Source of the DNA: Macrostomum lignano
Taxonomy: Eukaryota
Reading direction: 5' to 3'
Length of the DNA stretch: 64,000 nucleotides
Assembly: GCA_002269645.1 (NCBI GenBank)
Contig: NIVC01000403.1
Coordinates: forward strand, 133,076 to 197,075
Shown here: piece after piece, positions 1 through 12,600 of the stretch
How the letters are laid out: each line of letters starts with the position of its first letter
How positions within the stretch are numbered: position 1 is the stretch's first letter
Translations under genes and position numbers: made by a program
The notes under the pieces: generated by a model
What the model was told of the DNA's origin: nothing
Database searches by the model: none
Seen by the model: the letters and a program-made list of their open reading frames with translations, nothing else

Positions 1-260
1 ATCTCTACTAGGTAGATAGGAAGCGAGATGAACAGGTAGCAGAAGATATTAGCGCACAGCGTGATCACTGTGCTGCTATTGTTCCTATAGAAGTGCAGCG
101 GCGGCAGGTACAGCATGAGGATGGCCATCCACATCTCCGAGTGGTTGATCAGATGACGCTTGTGCGGGCTGTGCGAAGCCAAGTTCCAGCTGCCCAGCAG
201 CTTCATAGCATTGTTATCCATTGCTTTCGTTCTATTGAGGATTTTCGTGTTTTGAATCTG
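1..260 (-). CDS. Probable coding exon of a membrane-protein gene, running off the left edge of the window
   Basis: The minus-strand frame is open from a candidate acceptor (tttgtcaaacag, ~261) or ATG at 221 to position 1: MDNNAMKLLGSWNLASHSPHKRHLINHSEMWMAILMLYLPPLHFYRNNSSTVITLCANIFCYLFISLPIYLVE. It has two hydrophobic segments. It is absent from the ORF track because no stop lies in the window. Family not recognised. Confidence 0.5.
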
Positions 261-629
261 TTTGACAAACAACTTCTCTAGCTAAACCGTGCCGTAACAG
301 ATGAGAAAGTTGAATCGCTAATGCTTCAAACAGCGACACCCTGTTTCAGCCATAGACTCAATCATCGCTTCGTGAATCATATTTGGTTTTTTATCTATCC
401 GTGGCAAAAGCTGTTTGCACTTTTATAAATTGGCCTACGCACACTATTACATTGCAGAGATAAAATCATTGCACTTTACCTGTGTTGCCAATTAGAAAAC
501 ACATTGATTTTCTAAAACAACTTCAAATGCTAAAAAGAATGGAACAACTAACTTCGCGTTCACAAGACGGTATTAGAATTAAAAAAAGTGAATTGAAAAC
601 GCTTAGAAATTACTCTGAGCGAAACTAAG

Positions 630-1376
630 CACTGACCCAAGACTTAAACACTGACCCAAAACTACACACACTGACCTAAAACTTAAACACTGACCTAAAA
701 CCTAAACACTGACCTAAAACTTAAACACTGACCCAAAACTTAAACACTGACCCAAAACTACACACACTGACCCAAAACTTAAACACTGACCCAAAACTAC
801 ACACTGTTCCAAAACAACACATTGACTCAAAACTACACACTGACTCAAAACTACACACTGACCTAAAACTACACACACTTACCCATTGCTAAACACTGAC
901 CCAAAACTACACACACTGACCTAAAACTTAAACACTAACCCAAAACTACACACACTGACCTAAAACTACACACTGACCCAAAACTACACACACTGACCTA
1001 AAACTTAAACACTGACCCAAAACTACACACACTGATCTAAAACTTAAACACTGACCCAAAACTACACACACTGACCTAAAACTTAAACACTAACCCAAAA
1101 CTACACACACTGACCTAAAACTACACACACTGACCCAAAACTTAAACACTGACCCAAAACTTAAACACTGACCCAAAACTACACACACTGACCCAAAACT
1201 ACACACACTGACCTAAAACTACACACACTGACCCAAAACTTAAACACTGACCCAAAACTTAAACACTGACCCAAAACTACACACACTGACCCAAAACTAC
1301 ACACTGTTCCAAAACTACACACTGACTCAAAACTACACACACTGACCCATAGCTAACTAAACACTGACCCAAAACT
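630..1376. repeat. Minisatellite, ~20-22 bp unit (ACACTGACCCAAAACT plus AC/TAA variants)
   Basis: Directly visible tandem copies of acactgacccaaaacttaa / acactgacccaaaactacac. Confidence 0.95.
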
Positions 1377-2139
1377 AGACGCTGATACGAGCTAAAATAA
1401 ATAAAGACAGCAAAAAGCAGTAAAAACAACATTTTTAAGCAGAACAAATGTCTTCTACAAGCAAAAAGAGCATTTCGTATGCAAACAAATAGGGCCTCCT
1501 GTGTATATGTATTTAACCGATGAAACCTGGATCCTCAGTAAAACCATACCAAAACTATTCATAATAATCAGGATGGTTCAACTCAATCGGATACAACTCA
1601 CAAAAAGGCTTGTGCACACCTAGTGACTGTAATATATATATATATATCTATGCAATGAAATTATAGATTTGCAATAAGTTAATGCGAGTTAAATTGCATA
1701 TTTAGATGACGTCAAAATTATATTAACTTCTACTAGCCGGACACGCAACATATAAAAAAACAACAAATAATTTGCGTGATAAATTGATTGAAGCGAAATA
1801 TCTGCGCAATTAAATCGAGACACATCGTTGCTAGGATACGAAAATTAGGGTGGGCAGCAAGTTTCACAGTTGGTCGCTTAGCTTAAAGCTGTCACTGAAA
1901 TGTTTTATTTGCATGTAAGCTACTATGAGTAGAAAGTTCAATATTTAAAACAAGACTCTTATAAACCACTAGCTTGACCACTTCTATCGCTTCAATAAAA
2001 CAATTTTATTATTGCTTAATTCAGTGTTCCAGCCAAAAAAAACTGAACTAATTTAAATCATGGCAGGAAATTAATAAAAATCAGAATAGCTTTCCTATTC
2101 TTCCTTGCTACTAAATTGAAAGTAGTGAAACTGGAACTG

Positions 2140-2392
2140 TGGGTTTAGATTTAGTAATTAGGGCTGTTTATTAGGGTAGTTTAAGATAGGGTTTCCGTTT
2201 GGGTTTAGTAATTAGGGTTTAGAATAGAGTTTAGGTTAAGTTTAGGACACGGTTTAGGTCAGGGATCAGGATAATGTTTAGGATAAGGTTTAGAATAGGG
2301 TTTAGGATGGGTTTATGATAGGGTTTAGAATAGAGTTTTAGGATTTAGGAGAGTTTATGATAGGGTTTAGAATAGGGTTTATGATAGGTTTG
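2140..2392 (+). repeat. Degenerate TTAGGG-like (telomere-like) repeat tract
   Basis: Repeated gggtttag/ttaggg/tagggtt motifs, highly decayed. Confidence 0.6.
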
Positions 2393-3697
2393 GCAGTCAA
2401 TTAGTTGGGGTGAAATAGTCGTTAGTCAGTTGTCGCAGACATTTCAAACTGGCCTAAACAGTTATTATAAAGTATAATTCTTGGCTGCCAGTTCTAAAAG
2501 CGATTGACAACAGCAAAAAATGTGAGGCCTAATCTGACTAATTTATCTAATAAAATGTTTAAGGTAAGTATATTGTATCACTAATTAAAGTTCATCTTTA
2601 ACTTCCAAGGAAAAAATGCACTTTATATTAGTTGTATATATATATATATATATATGCATATGAAGTAATGTTACACACATGCACAAGTGATGAAGCATAC
2701 AAGGATTATAAAATTAATTATGATGAGGCGGCTGGGCGGGCCAAACAGCAGGAAAGCACTTGTTCACAAGTTTTACACATTGATTCAATATTTTTTTGTT
2801 TTGAAAAAATAAAGTAGAGACAATGCAAGCTAGAATGACAAGCGAGTCAACATTGGTAATTATGGGGAACAAAATTTGGGGATTGGAGGGCCACCAGAGC
2901 TGTAGTCAAGGAAATGACCATTACAACAGCTATATTACAAAACATAGTCACAACGTACAATTCACAGTTTTTTATGTTATTATTTGTGCTTTGTTTTCTA
3001 AATCGATAAAAATCAATTAAACAATGTTCAGGTGAAATTTAATAAATACAAATGTGACTATAGCATTAGAAAACCGACGGGCATTATTCAGAGCAATCAT
3101 ATTATTTGGCACTAGACACAGGTTTCCCCAAAACTGTGTTGCTTTGATAATAATATTTTTTGCCTGCGTCAGAAAAAAGAACGGTGGAAAAAACTTTTTG
3201 CAACTTTTGTTCTCCGAGGAAGCCCTGGAACTTAAAGTATTAGTTATGGATGCTCTCTAGTTTATAGAAAACCAGTTTAGCAATTTAGAGAACTTCCTAG
3301 GACCTCTTAGAAGTTGAAGATTTGAAAATTACACACTAATATACAAACAGGCACTATACTAGTAACAACTAGATTGGCCACTCAACATATTCGCGTTTAA
3401 GCTACTTGTCAGATCAGTAGAAAGTGCAGCATTTTAATGTTTTTAGAACAAAACCCTTGCAGCGGCTCCGACTTTCTAATCGTCAGGTGTGTACACTCTC
3501 TATGCATTGGGGCTTGGCCCTGATGGCTGTGAGGCCGCGTACGGAATCGAACCAAGGGGCCACTGCATGGAGCGTTACTGCCTAAAAAATAGCTTACTGA
3601 TGACTTACTGAACCGAAGTAGAGAAACAGTATTACTATATCAAGCCAGAATGCCTAGGTGGCTCATCTAGATATTAACAGTATCTGTGAGAGGCCAA

Positions 3698-6600
3698 TCA
3701 GATAGGCCTGCCCAGCAGTGTCACTGAGCTAGGCAGGCGCGAGTCGGTTGTATAGGACAGCTCAAGGAAGCCCAGCCGTTTATAGACCTCCGCGGTGGCG
3801 TCGCCGGCGGCCAAGCGGCAGTGCACGCCAGGACTGCCGTTGGTCTTCAGGGCGGCGAAGCAGCAGGCAAGGAGCCGCCGAAGCGCCAGCAGGTCCTGCT
3901 CGGTGCTAAATACACCAGGCAGAGCGTCCAGATGCACCACCGAGGGGAAGCGGGAGAGCACCTGATTGGGCAGGTTGCTGCCCGGCTCCGGCTGCTGCGA
4001 GTGAAAGTACTCGATGGCCTCCTGCGATTGCGGGGTGAAGGCTTGCTTGAATCTGCCCAATCCGCTGCTTGAATCTGCCCAATCCGCTGCTTGAATCTGC
4101 CCAATCCGCTGCTTGAATCCGCCCAATCCGCTGCTTGAATCTGCCCAATCCGCTGCTTGAATCTGCCCAATCCGCTGCTTGAATCTGCCCAATCCGCTAC
4201 TTGAATCTGCCCAATCCGCTGCTTGAATCTGCCCAATCCGCTGCTTGAATCTGCCCAATCCGCTACTTGAATCTGCCCAATCCGCTACTTGAATCTGCCC
4301 AATCCGCTGCTTGAATCTGCCCAATCCGCTGCTTGAATCTGCCCAATCCGCTACTTGAATCTGCCCAATCCGCTACTTGAATCTGCCCAATCCGCTGATT
4401 GAATCTGCCCAATCCGCTGCTTGAATCTGCCCAATCCGCTGCTTGAATCTGCCCAATCCGCTGCTTGAATCTGCCCAATCCGCTGCTTGAATCTGCCCAA
4501 TCCGCTAATTCAATCTACAAAACCGCTACTTGAATCTGCCCAATCCGCTACTTGAATCTGCCCAATCCGCTGCTTGAATCTGCCCAATCCGCTACTTGAA
4601 TCTGCCCAATCCGCTGCTTGAATCTGCCCAATCCGCTACTTGAATCTTCCCAATCCGCTAATTCAATCTAAAAAACCGCTACTTGAATCTGCCCAATCCG
4701 CTGCTTGAATCTGCCCAATCCGCTGCATGAATCTGCCCAATCCGCTAATTCAATCTACAAAACCGCTACTTGAATCTGCCCAATCCGCTACTTGAATCTG
4801 CCCAATCCCCTGCTTGAATCTGCCCAATCCGCTACTTGAATCTGCCCAATCTGCTGCTTGAATCTGCCCAATCCGCTACTTGAATCTGCCCAATCCGCTG
4901 CTTGAATCTGCCCAATCCGCTGCTTGAATCTGCCCAATCCGCTAATTTAATCTACAAAACCGCTACTTGAATCTGCCCAATCCGCTACTTGAATCTTCCC
5001 AATCTGCTGCTTGAATCTGCCCAATCCACTGATTGAATCTGCCTAATCCGCTACTTGAATCTGCCCAATCCGCTACTTGAATCTGCCCAATCCGCTACTT
5101 GAATCTTCCCAATCCGCTGCTTGAATCTGCCCAATCCGCTAATTCAATCTACAAAACCGCTACTTGAATCTGCCCAATCCGCTACTTGAATCTGCCCAAT
5201 CCGCTGCTTGAATCTGCCCAATCCGCTACTTGAATCTTCCCAATCCGCTGCTTGAATCTGCCCAATCCGCTAATTCAATCTACAAAACCGCTACTTGAAT
5301 CCGACCAATCCGCTACTTGAATCTGCCCAGTCCGCTAATTCAATCTACAAAACCGCTACTTGAATCTTCCCAATCCGCTAATTCAATCTACAAAACCGCT
5401 ACTTGAATCTGCCCAATCCGCTACTTGAATCGGCCCAATCCGCTAATTCAATCTACAAAACCGCTACTTGAATCTGCCCAATCCGCTAATTCAATCTAAA
5501 AAACCGCTACTTGAATCTGCCCAATCCGCTAATTCAATCTACAAAACCGCTACTTGAATCTGCCCAATCCGCTAATTCAATCTACAAAACCGCTACTTGA
5601 ATCTGCCCAATCCGCTAATTCAATCTAAAAAACCGCTACTTGAATCTGCCTAATCCGCTACTTGAATCGGCCCAATCCGCTAATTCAATCTACAAAACCG
5701 CTACTTGAATCTGCCTAATCCGCTACTTGAATCTGCCCAATCCGCTAATTCAATCTACAAAACCGCTACTTGAATCTGCCCAATCCGCTAATTCAATCTA
5801 CAAAACCGGTACTTAAATCTGCCCAATCCGCTAATTCAATCTACAAAACCGCTACTTGAATCGGCCCAATCCGCTAATTCAATCTGCAAAACCGCTACTT
5901 GAATCTGCCTAATCCGCTACTTGAATCTGCCTAATCCGCTACTTGAATCGGCCCAATCCGCTAATTCAATCTACAAAACCGCTACTTGAATCTGCCTAAT
6001 CCGCTACTTGAATCGGCCCAATCCGCTGCTTGAATCTGCCCAATCCGCTACTTGAATCTTCCCAATCCGCTGCTTGAATCTGCCCAATCCGCTAATTCAA
6101 TCTACAAAACCGCTACTTGAATCCGACCAATCCGCTACTTGAATCTGCCCTGTCCGCTAATTCAATCTACAAAACCGCTACTTGAATCTTCCCAATCCGC
6201 TAATTCAATCTACAAAACCGCTACTTGAATCTGCCCAATCCGCTACTTGAATCGGCCCAATCCGCTAATTCAATCTACAAAACCGCTACTTGAATCTGCC
6301 CAATCCGCTAATTCAATCTAAAAAACCGCTACTTGAATCTGCCCAATCCGCTAATTCAATCTACAAAACCGCTACTTGAATCTGCCCAATCCGCTAATTC
6401 AATCTACAAAACCGCTACTTGAATCTGCCCAATCCGCTAATTCAATCTAAAAAACCGCTACTTGAATCTGCCTAATCCGCTACTTGAATCGGCCCAATCC
6501 GCTAATTCAATCTACAAAACCGCTACTTGAATCTGCCTAATCCGCTACTTGAATCTGCCCAATCCGCTAATTCAATCTACAAAACCGCTACTTGAATCTG

Positions 6601-9600
6601 CCCAATCCGCTAATTCAATCTACAAAACCGGTACTTAAATCTGCCCAATCCGCTAATTCAATCTACAAAACCGCTACTTGAATCGGCCCAATCCGCTAAT
6701 TCAATCTACAAAACCGCTACTTGAATCTGCCTAATCCGCTACTTGAATCTGCCTAATCCGCTACTTGAATCGGCCCAATCCGCTAATTCAATCTACAAAA
6801 CCGCTACTTGAATCTGCCTAATCCGCTACTTGAATCGGCCCAATCCGCTAATTCAATCTAAAAAACCGCTACTTGAATCTGCCTAATCCGCTAATTCAAT
6901 CTACAAAACCGCTACTTGAATCTGCCCAATCCGCTAATTCAATCTACAAAACCGCTACTTGAATCTGCCCAATCCGCTAATTCAATCTAAAAAACCGCTA
7001 CTTGAATCTGCCCAATCCACTAATTCAATCTACAAAACCGCTACTTGAATCTTCCCAATCCGCTAATTCAATCTACAAAACCACTACTTGAATCTGCCCA
7101 ATCCGCTAATTCAATCTAAAAAATCGCTACTTGAATCTGCCCAATCCGCTACTTGAATCTTCCCAATCCGCTAATTCAATCTACAAAACCGGTACTTAAA
7201 TCTGCCCAATCCGCTAATTCAATCTAAAAAACCGCTACTTGAATCTGCCCAATCCACTAATTCAATCTACAAAACCGCTACTTGAATCTTCCCAATCCGC
7301 TAATTCAATCTACAAAACCGCTACTTGAATCTGCCCAATCCGCTACTTGAATCTGCCCAGTCCGCTAATTCAATCTACAAAACCGCTACTTGAATCTGCC
7401 CAATCCGCTACTTGAATCTGCCCAGTCCGCCAATTAAATCTACAAAACCGCTACTTGAATCTGCCATATTCACCCTTTGACACCATCTGTCGGCTCAATA
7501 TGCTATTTACTAATCTAGACCCCTCTGCTCTATTGAATGAGTTCTCCAGCCAGTTAGCAAATAAACTCGACTCTCACGTGCGCCGCGGGATGCACAGCCG
7601 CTTCATGGCCGCCGCCGGCTCCGGTCCCGGCGCTAGAAACGGCGCCGCCGGCGCCTCGCCGACGCAGCATCGGATGGCGCCGGCGCATCAGGCCGAAAAA
7701 CTCGCCAGCCTGATCGCGAAGCTTGGCAACGTCAAGAGCGGCGCAGACGAAGCCGCAGACGCCGGTGTCGCTCTCCAATACGAAGCAATAGTCGCAGCTG
7801 AGCTCCAGCAGCAGGCCAGCGTACCGATCGCCGTACAGCTCAGCATCAGCGGCCGACATGATGCCGACTCCGGGACCCGGCCCGGCGATCGACACGGCAA
7901 CGGAGGCGGCGGCTGCGGCGTCGTCGACAACAACTCCGTTACTGCCGGCTGCCGCAGAAGTTGACGCGCCGGCGATGCGCATCGGAGCGGTCAGGGCGCA
8001 GATGGCGTAGACGGAGGACCTGTCAGCGGCGGAGTAGGGCCGGACACTGTAGACTCTGGCCGACGGCTGCGGAGGCGGGTGAGGCGAAGGCGGCAACTCG
8101 GCGGCCTTGCCAACTAGCAGGTCCTGGCCGGCCTCTAGCGGCAGCATTCGCTGGAATTCGGCGGCTATACCGCCGCGGAACATCCACGGCTCGTGCTCGC
8201 CGCTGCTGTACACCTGCGCGTAGCCTGGGGTGCACCCTGCAGAGCGGGGACAGGCGCGAAAAGTACATTAATTATTTATTTGGTTGCTTCTATATTGAAT
8301 TAGGTGCAGTAATGAGTATGTAGATTAGTGGGATAGCAGGGAGATTGTAGGGAAGGACTGGGGTAGCAGGGAAAGTTTAGGGAAGGACTGGGGTAACAGG
8401 AAGATAGATTGTAGGGAAGGACTGGGGTAGCAGGAAGATTCTGGGGATAGTTATACGTAGGGATACGAACATATTATACAGCCAATTAGCTAGCGAAATT
8501 ACTCACATGACAGGTACCGGCGAAGGAAGCAAACGCTCAGGTAAGAGACGAGTCCCAGTGCTGAAGAGATTAGCAGGGAGAGGCGGGAGTTTTGGGATAT
8601 ATTTAACAACAAAATGAAAGAGATACGGGCTCCTAACGTGTTGAGAACGCAACTATATATGTTATTTTTAATTTATATTTATTTTAATTTTTCATTAGTA
8701 TTCATAATTTGCAAAAGAAAATTTCCGTCAACGAAATAAAAGAATTAAAAAATTAAAAACCTGTGCGGCAAGAGATTCTTTTGTATAGAAACATTTTCAA
8801 GCAGCAAGAGCGCTTCCAATGCAAGCAATTAAAAGCAGAATTAAGCGGCAATTAAAAAGTTAGCGCGATATGTGTGTGTGCGTGTTGTTCAACTGTCAAT
8901 ACTAATACATAAATGCCAGTTGCCAACGCTTCCAGTCAGAATAGGCTTGATTTTTTAGTGATAGCGTATGTCTTTCCTGTAGTTCCGAGCTGGATTCCAT
9001 TCAAATAATATTCCCTAATTTTTGTATTTCATATTTCACATTTCACAAGACTTCTGTTATAATTATTAAATTTGAGTAACCTGTAAACATGGAGCCTTCA
9101 GAATTCTGGCTAGGGTAAGAGACATTGACTGAATTCATGCAGAGCCAGGAAGTCAAATGGCTCTGTGAGTTCTCACCACGCAAGAAAACACAGCTAGAAA
9201 AACACGGCTATTTTAATGCAGTGTAGAATCGCGAACAAAGGTCCCGAGTTCGAATCCGCTATTGGGACAAAAACGCATGACGGTACACAGCGAATTTGCA
9301 GCTAGGTCATACATTTATGCGCATATTTGGTTTGGGAAGAAAATCTCAAAAAACAACCGCATACAGCACAACATAAACGACTTAAGTTGATTAGTAATGA
9401 TATAATAGTAATAAACCGAAATTGTGACGTCAGCGCAAGTAATGTTTATACTATGTACTTTTAGCTCTGGTTCTCGCATAGCAAATGCAATCGCGTATTT
9501 AAAAGACAAATTGCTATCAAAAAATGGCACACACCATCACTTTGAGGAAGCGTTGGCACCTGTATCCTCTATCTGTGTAAGTATTATTGCACTTTCACAA

Positions 9601-12600
9601 ACACACGGAGCAACTAGCAAGTTTAGATAAAACTTTCGGCACTAATATCATATTTTATAATTCAATAAGACTGCTTTCAATTGCTGTTTGTCACGCCATT
9701 AGAAACGACGAGAAAAATATCCTAGGAAAAAGTACACACAACAGAATAAAGGCACAATGTACTTTTTGAAAATTTGTTTGTGTACAAATTATGTCATGCC
9801 CTGAAGCTGATATACCGGTATACCGGTATTTTGAGCATGAACGGGAAAAGGATTCTAATGCTGACAATTGAGGGAAGGTAGAGCGGACATGGAGACACCG
9901 AGTAAACACAATGGGTCAAGAACAAAGGATACCAGTGGTGCCGAGCAAGGATATTAAGGATCCAGATCAGAGTCATTGCGAATCATTAATAAGGAGAACA
10001 TTATGGGGTGAAGATCGCTATGAAAGACTATAATAGTAAAGTACGAGTATTAGGGGATTGTGAACAAGGATACCAAGGATCGTGAACAAGGATACCAAGG
10101 ATCGTGAACAAGGATACCAAGGATCGTGAACAAGGATACGAAGGATCGTGAACAAGGATACGAAGGATCGTGAACAAGGATACCAAGGATTGTGAACAAG
10201 GATACCAAGGATCGCGAACAAGGATACCAAGGATCGCGAACAAGGATACCAAGGATCGTGAACAAGGATACCAAGGATTGTGAACAAGGATACCAAGGAT
10301 CGCGAACAAGGATACCAAGGATCGTGAACAAGGATACCAAGGATCGTGAACAAGGATACCAAGGATAGTGAACAAGGATACCAAGGATGGTGAACAAGGA
10401 TACCAAGGATCGCGAACAAGGATACCAAGGATCGTGAACAAGGATAGCAGGAAATCAATAATAACAAAGGATAAAGTTTATCAGCTCTCGTTCATGCTCC
10501 ACACAGGCAGTTACAAATAAAAAAATGCCAATAACTGGTGCGGTGGACTGAAGCGAGCTTTGAAAATGCTACAACTACGAGTAATAACTAAAAGAGTGCA
10601 ACAAACGCAGATGATTTTGCATTGGTTATAGAAAAATGCCTCACTGAGCCAGTTGAGATAGGCGTCCAATATGCCGAGTATAGCTGACATGTCCGCTACA
10701 TAGGGCAGCAGTTCGAACGCGATGGCTCTATTCGGTATTGCCTCGAGTTTACGCTGCACCGCCCTCAGGCGAGCCACTTCGCGCCTGAACCTGGCGGCCC
10801 GGTCCAGCCACTCCGGCCTGCTAGCGGTGCAGTCGGACTCAACCGAGCCAGAATTGCTCATTAGATGAGCGTTGCATTTTAACCATTGGAAATCTTCGAG
10901 TAGAACTAGGGCCGACGGGCCGTGTTGAAAAGGCTCGTAAAATAGGTGACAGACCAGCAGCAGTTCGTCCATTGTGAGCTGCTCTTCCGGCGAGCAAGCT
11001 GGCGACCAATCGTCGTTCGGTTCTACCTGGAATTGTTTGAAAACAAACTCGAATGCGACTGCGAATTGAGCCCGGACACGGGGCAGAGAAATCATAATAC
11101 CACGATGCATGTAATAATATACAAACAATAGTATGACGCAAATAATAAACGGAGGCAAATAAATCAAACAGAAGACAAAGACTAGTCAGACAGACATAAA
11201 AACCAGACTACGAGTAGACTAACCAGACGGACTAGAGAGAGTAGAGACTAGCCAGGCACAAAGACTAGACTGGACAGACAAAGACTAGAGAAAGCAAAAC
11301 AAAATATTTGACTAGCCAGACACGGACTAGAGTCTAGCCAAACACAAAGACTAGAAGCCTGACACAAAGATTAGAGGCCAGACACAAAGACTAGAGACTA
11401 GCCAGAAACAAAGACTAGAGACTAGCCAGAAACAAAGACTAGAGACTAGCCAGAAACAAAGACTAGAGACTAGCCAGAAACAAAGACTAGAGACTAGCCA
11501 GAAACAAAGACTAGAGACTAGCCAGAAACAAAGACTAGAGAATAGCCAGAAACAAAGACTAGAGACTAGCCAGAAACAAAGACTAGAGACTAGCCAGAAA
11601 CAAAGACTAGAAGCCTGACACACAGACTAGAAGCCAGACACAGACTAGAGACTAGCCTGATACAAAGACTAGAAGCCTGACACAAATATTAGAGGCCAGA
11701 CACAAAGACTAGAGACTAGCCAGACACAAATACTAAAGACTAGCCAGAAACAAAGACTAGAGACTAGCTAGGCACAAAGACTAGAAGCCAGACACAAAGA
11801 CTAAAGACTAGCCAGAAACAAAGACTAGAGACTAGCTAGACACAAAGACTAGAGACTAGCTAGACACAAAGACTAGAGACTAGTCAGACAGACACAAAGA
11901 CTTGAAGCCAGTCAGACAGACAGGCACAAAGACTAATGCAGACATGCTATCGAGCATCACGAACCTCCATAGGCTCCACCAAGCTATTGACTGGCTGCGG
12001 CAGCGGCTCGGGCAAGGCGAATTCGGCCGGGGCAGCGGTGGCTGAAACAGCGCCGGTGCCAACAGCGCCAACAACGCCAACGGCGGCGGCGGCAGCTGCT
12101 GCGCTGGGCTCGGCTGGCTGCATGGCCGGCGCGGGAGGCGGCCGCTTGCGCCTGTAGAACATTGGCAGCCATTGGGCTAGAGCGCGCCTAAGCGCCCCCT
12201 CCGGACTATAGGCGGCAACGGCACCTTCGCTTTCTAATTGAATGTCGCTTTTCACGGGACTGCTAGAGATCAGGGCGTCGAGTTGGACCCGCTCTGGCGA
12301 GCTGCGCGCCCAATCGGCCAGGCTGCTGAGAGCTACGAAATTGACCTGCAAATTTATTGATTTTTACTGCTGATAGTACTATTGTAGGAATTTCATTAGA
12401 ATTCTCAGGAATGGAAAAACTCGGGGAAAATCCCAAGGTAAGGAATTCTTAGTGGAAATTGTAAGGACGGGAAATCAAGAAGGAAGTCTAAAGGAGGGAG
12501 CGAAAATCTCAAGGAGAACTCGGAGGAATCTCAATGAGGGTAATCTCAAAGTGAACAAAACTCGAAGGAAATCCCAGAGAGGAAATCTCGGGGGAATTCC

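Noticed and set aside
2660-2765. Hydrophobic minus-strand stretch (AFLLFGPPSRLIIINFIILVCFITCA) as an exon of the left-edge gene
   Set aside because: Splice sites are weak and could not be phased with the 1-260 exon.
3520-3590. Pol III B-box-like GGTTCGATTCC (minus strand); similar GTTCGAATCC at ~9249
   Set aside because: No cloverleaf and no convincing A box. At most these are decayed SINE remnants.
3590-3650. Hammerhead-like core CTGATGA...GAAAC
   Set aside because: The stem II closing pair (C-A), stem III (C-A) and the first pair of stem I are all mismatched. A similar partial core near 35890 also lacks stems.
3847-4478. [21 protein letters not shown]-terminal extension of the last OGA exon
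   Set aside because: This is intronic minisatellite. A good acceptor (ccccgcaatcgcag) at 4022 gives the phase-correct exon.
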